Of a DNA stretch of 64,000 bases, positions 62,742 to 64,000 are shown one piece after another. Each line of letters opens with the position of its first letter. The first letter of the stretch is position 1. This stretch comes from Marsupella aquatica (taxonomy: Eukaryota; Plantae; Marchantiophyta). The translations under genes were made by a program, and so were the position numbers. The DNA lies in NCBI GenBank assembly GCA_973895155.1, contig OZ316892.1:28110307-28174306 (forward strand), given 5' to 3'. Under the pieces are notes generated by a model that made no database searches, was not told the origin of the DNA, and saw only the letters and a list, made by a program, of their open reading frames with translations.

Positions 62742-64000
62742 ACATGAAAGCTGGGAAATATCTTTTTATTATTAATAAGACCGAATGGGACTCAGCCTTC
62801 CCCTAATAATCCCTACTGGCCTGCCATGCTCTATAATCATTTTTTTTGGTATATCAGCCACTATAATAAGGGATCCTGCTAGAATCTCCCATGGTCTGTT
62901 TATAAACTTGAAAAAGAGGGAACCAAACACTACCCTTAGATGTATTTCAGGACTTTTGACACTCTTTTCATTGACTGAAAGGGGATACTCTATTCTACAG
63001 TAGGTATATCTGCTGGCATGCAGCAGACTACATAAACAGAGTCTGGCTGTAGCTACTACATTAAAGTTATCCGTAATGTGCGTGATTACGGGTGACTGGC
63101 CGCGACTTTGCGTAAAATCACTGGGAGAGTTATAGTTAATTGTGACTTCAAGTACTTGGGGGTGAAATACAAGGGGAAACCCCATTGGTCCCCCCACAAC
63201 ATCAGGCCCTTCTCACGGTGAGTTAGGGTGAGGGAGCCCTTCCTGAGCATTATTGCCGAGGCCCAACGTGGCATCTCAAGCCCAACATTTCCCATCCCAG
63301 CCCAGTGATTGACTTTCCTCGCATAGCCTCCATCGCTGTGCTGCTGATTGAGCATCTTTATGAAATGTTTGTACTCACTATGACAAACAATTGATGGAGC
63401 CTATATGGGGCTATAAGCTTGGAGGTGATCCCTATGTCGTTTACTGATTTCCTATCCTCAAGAAAAAGTAAGTAGAAACAAATGAATAAATAACACAAGA
63501 GACAAAGAAAGTTAAAAGATGCCTCACCTACTGTAGGCCCCTTTAAAAGATGTAGTCCCCCTTCTCCCAAACAAAAAAATTAGTCCATGGACCTCCTAGC
63601 TATTTTGCTTAGCAAGACTCAAGTAGGAGGAAACAAGGGCCACTATGCCCAGTGAGGAGAAAGAGACACAGCCGAGGGTAATTGTAACGTGCGAGCAAAC
63701 AGTAAAATTTTTCCTCGCACGAGCAAAAAAATCCTGCATGACCCCTATTTTTCTACATGCAACTGCCTCGCTATCAACTACCTGGTTGGTAACATCACTT
63801 TTGGGGACTCCCTTTTTGCTAGCGAGCTAGCTAGCTAGCATCTGGAGTCTTTTAAAAAACACAAAAAATGTAAAAGGCACCAAAAAGCAACTGAAATTTG
63901 GAACCATTATTGTCTCGCTATCAAAATCTCTTCGCTATCAAAATCTCCTGTTTGCTCGCAACATAGAATACCTCCACAGCAGATAGAGAGAGAGATAGGG

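Noticed and set aside
62772-63570. ORFs upstream of tRNA-Asn
   Set aside because: No recognisable domains; at most faint similarity to decayed retroelement sequence.

Overview
Eukaryotic nuclear DNA from an early-diverging land plant (bryophyte-like, possibly a liverwort; inferred from protein similarity and GT-AG intron-rich genes). Intact genes: 3' part of CCR4-NOT subunit NOT1 (29 exons visible), a dienelactone hydrolase, an At4g14100-like secreted protein, class IV histone deacetylase HDA2 (with a sense tRNA-Pro in an intron), chloroplast S1-domain protein SRRP1, an intronless F-box gene and tRNA-Asn. Pseudogenes: a UDP-glycosyltransferase, an F-box fragment and a fungal-looking MDR oxidoreductase (candidate HGT). 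Highlights: (1) a ~4.5 kb CRE-clade restriction-like-endonuclease non-LTR retrotransposon inserted with an 11-bp TSD into a ~105-bp minisatellite, with an inverted copy of the target at its 5' junction and older family fragments elsewhere; (2) a 49-aa transmembrane microprotein candidate below the ORF-track cut-off; (3) a 289-bp element shared by introns of two neighbouring genes whose small antisense ORF differs only at synonymous sites; (4) a dimeric satellite beside tRNA-Asn; (5) a strand-specific miRNA-like hairpin. All family calls come from motif recognition by eye; no database searches were run, and coordinates of degenerate repeats are approximate.
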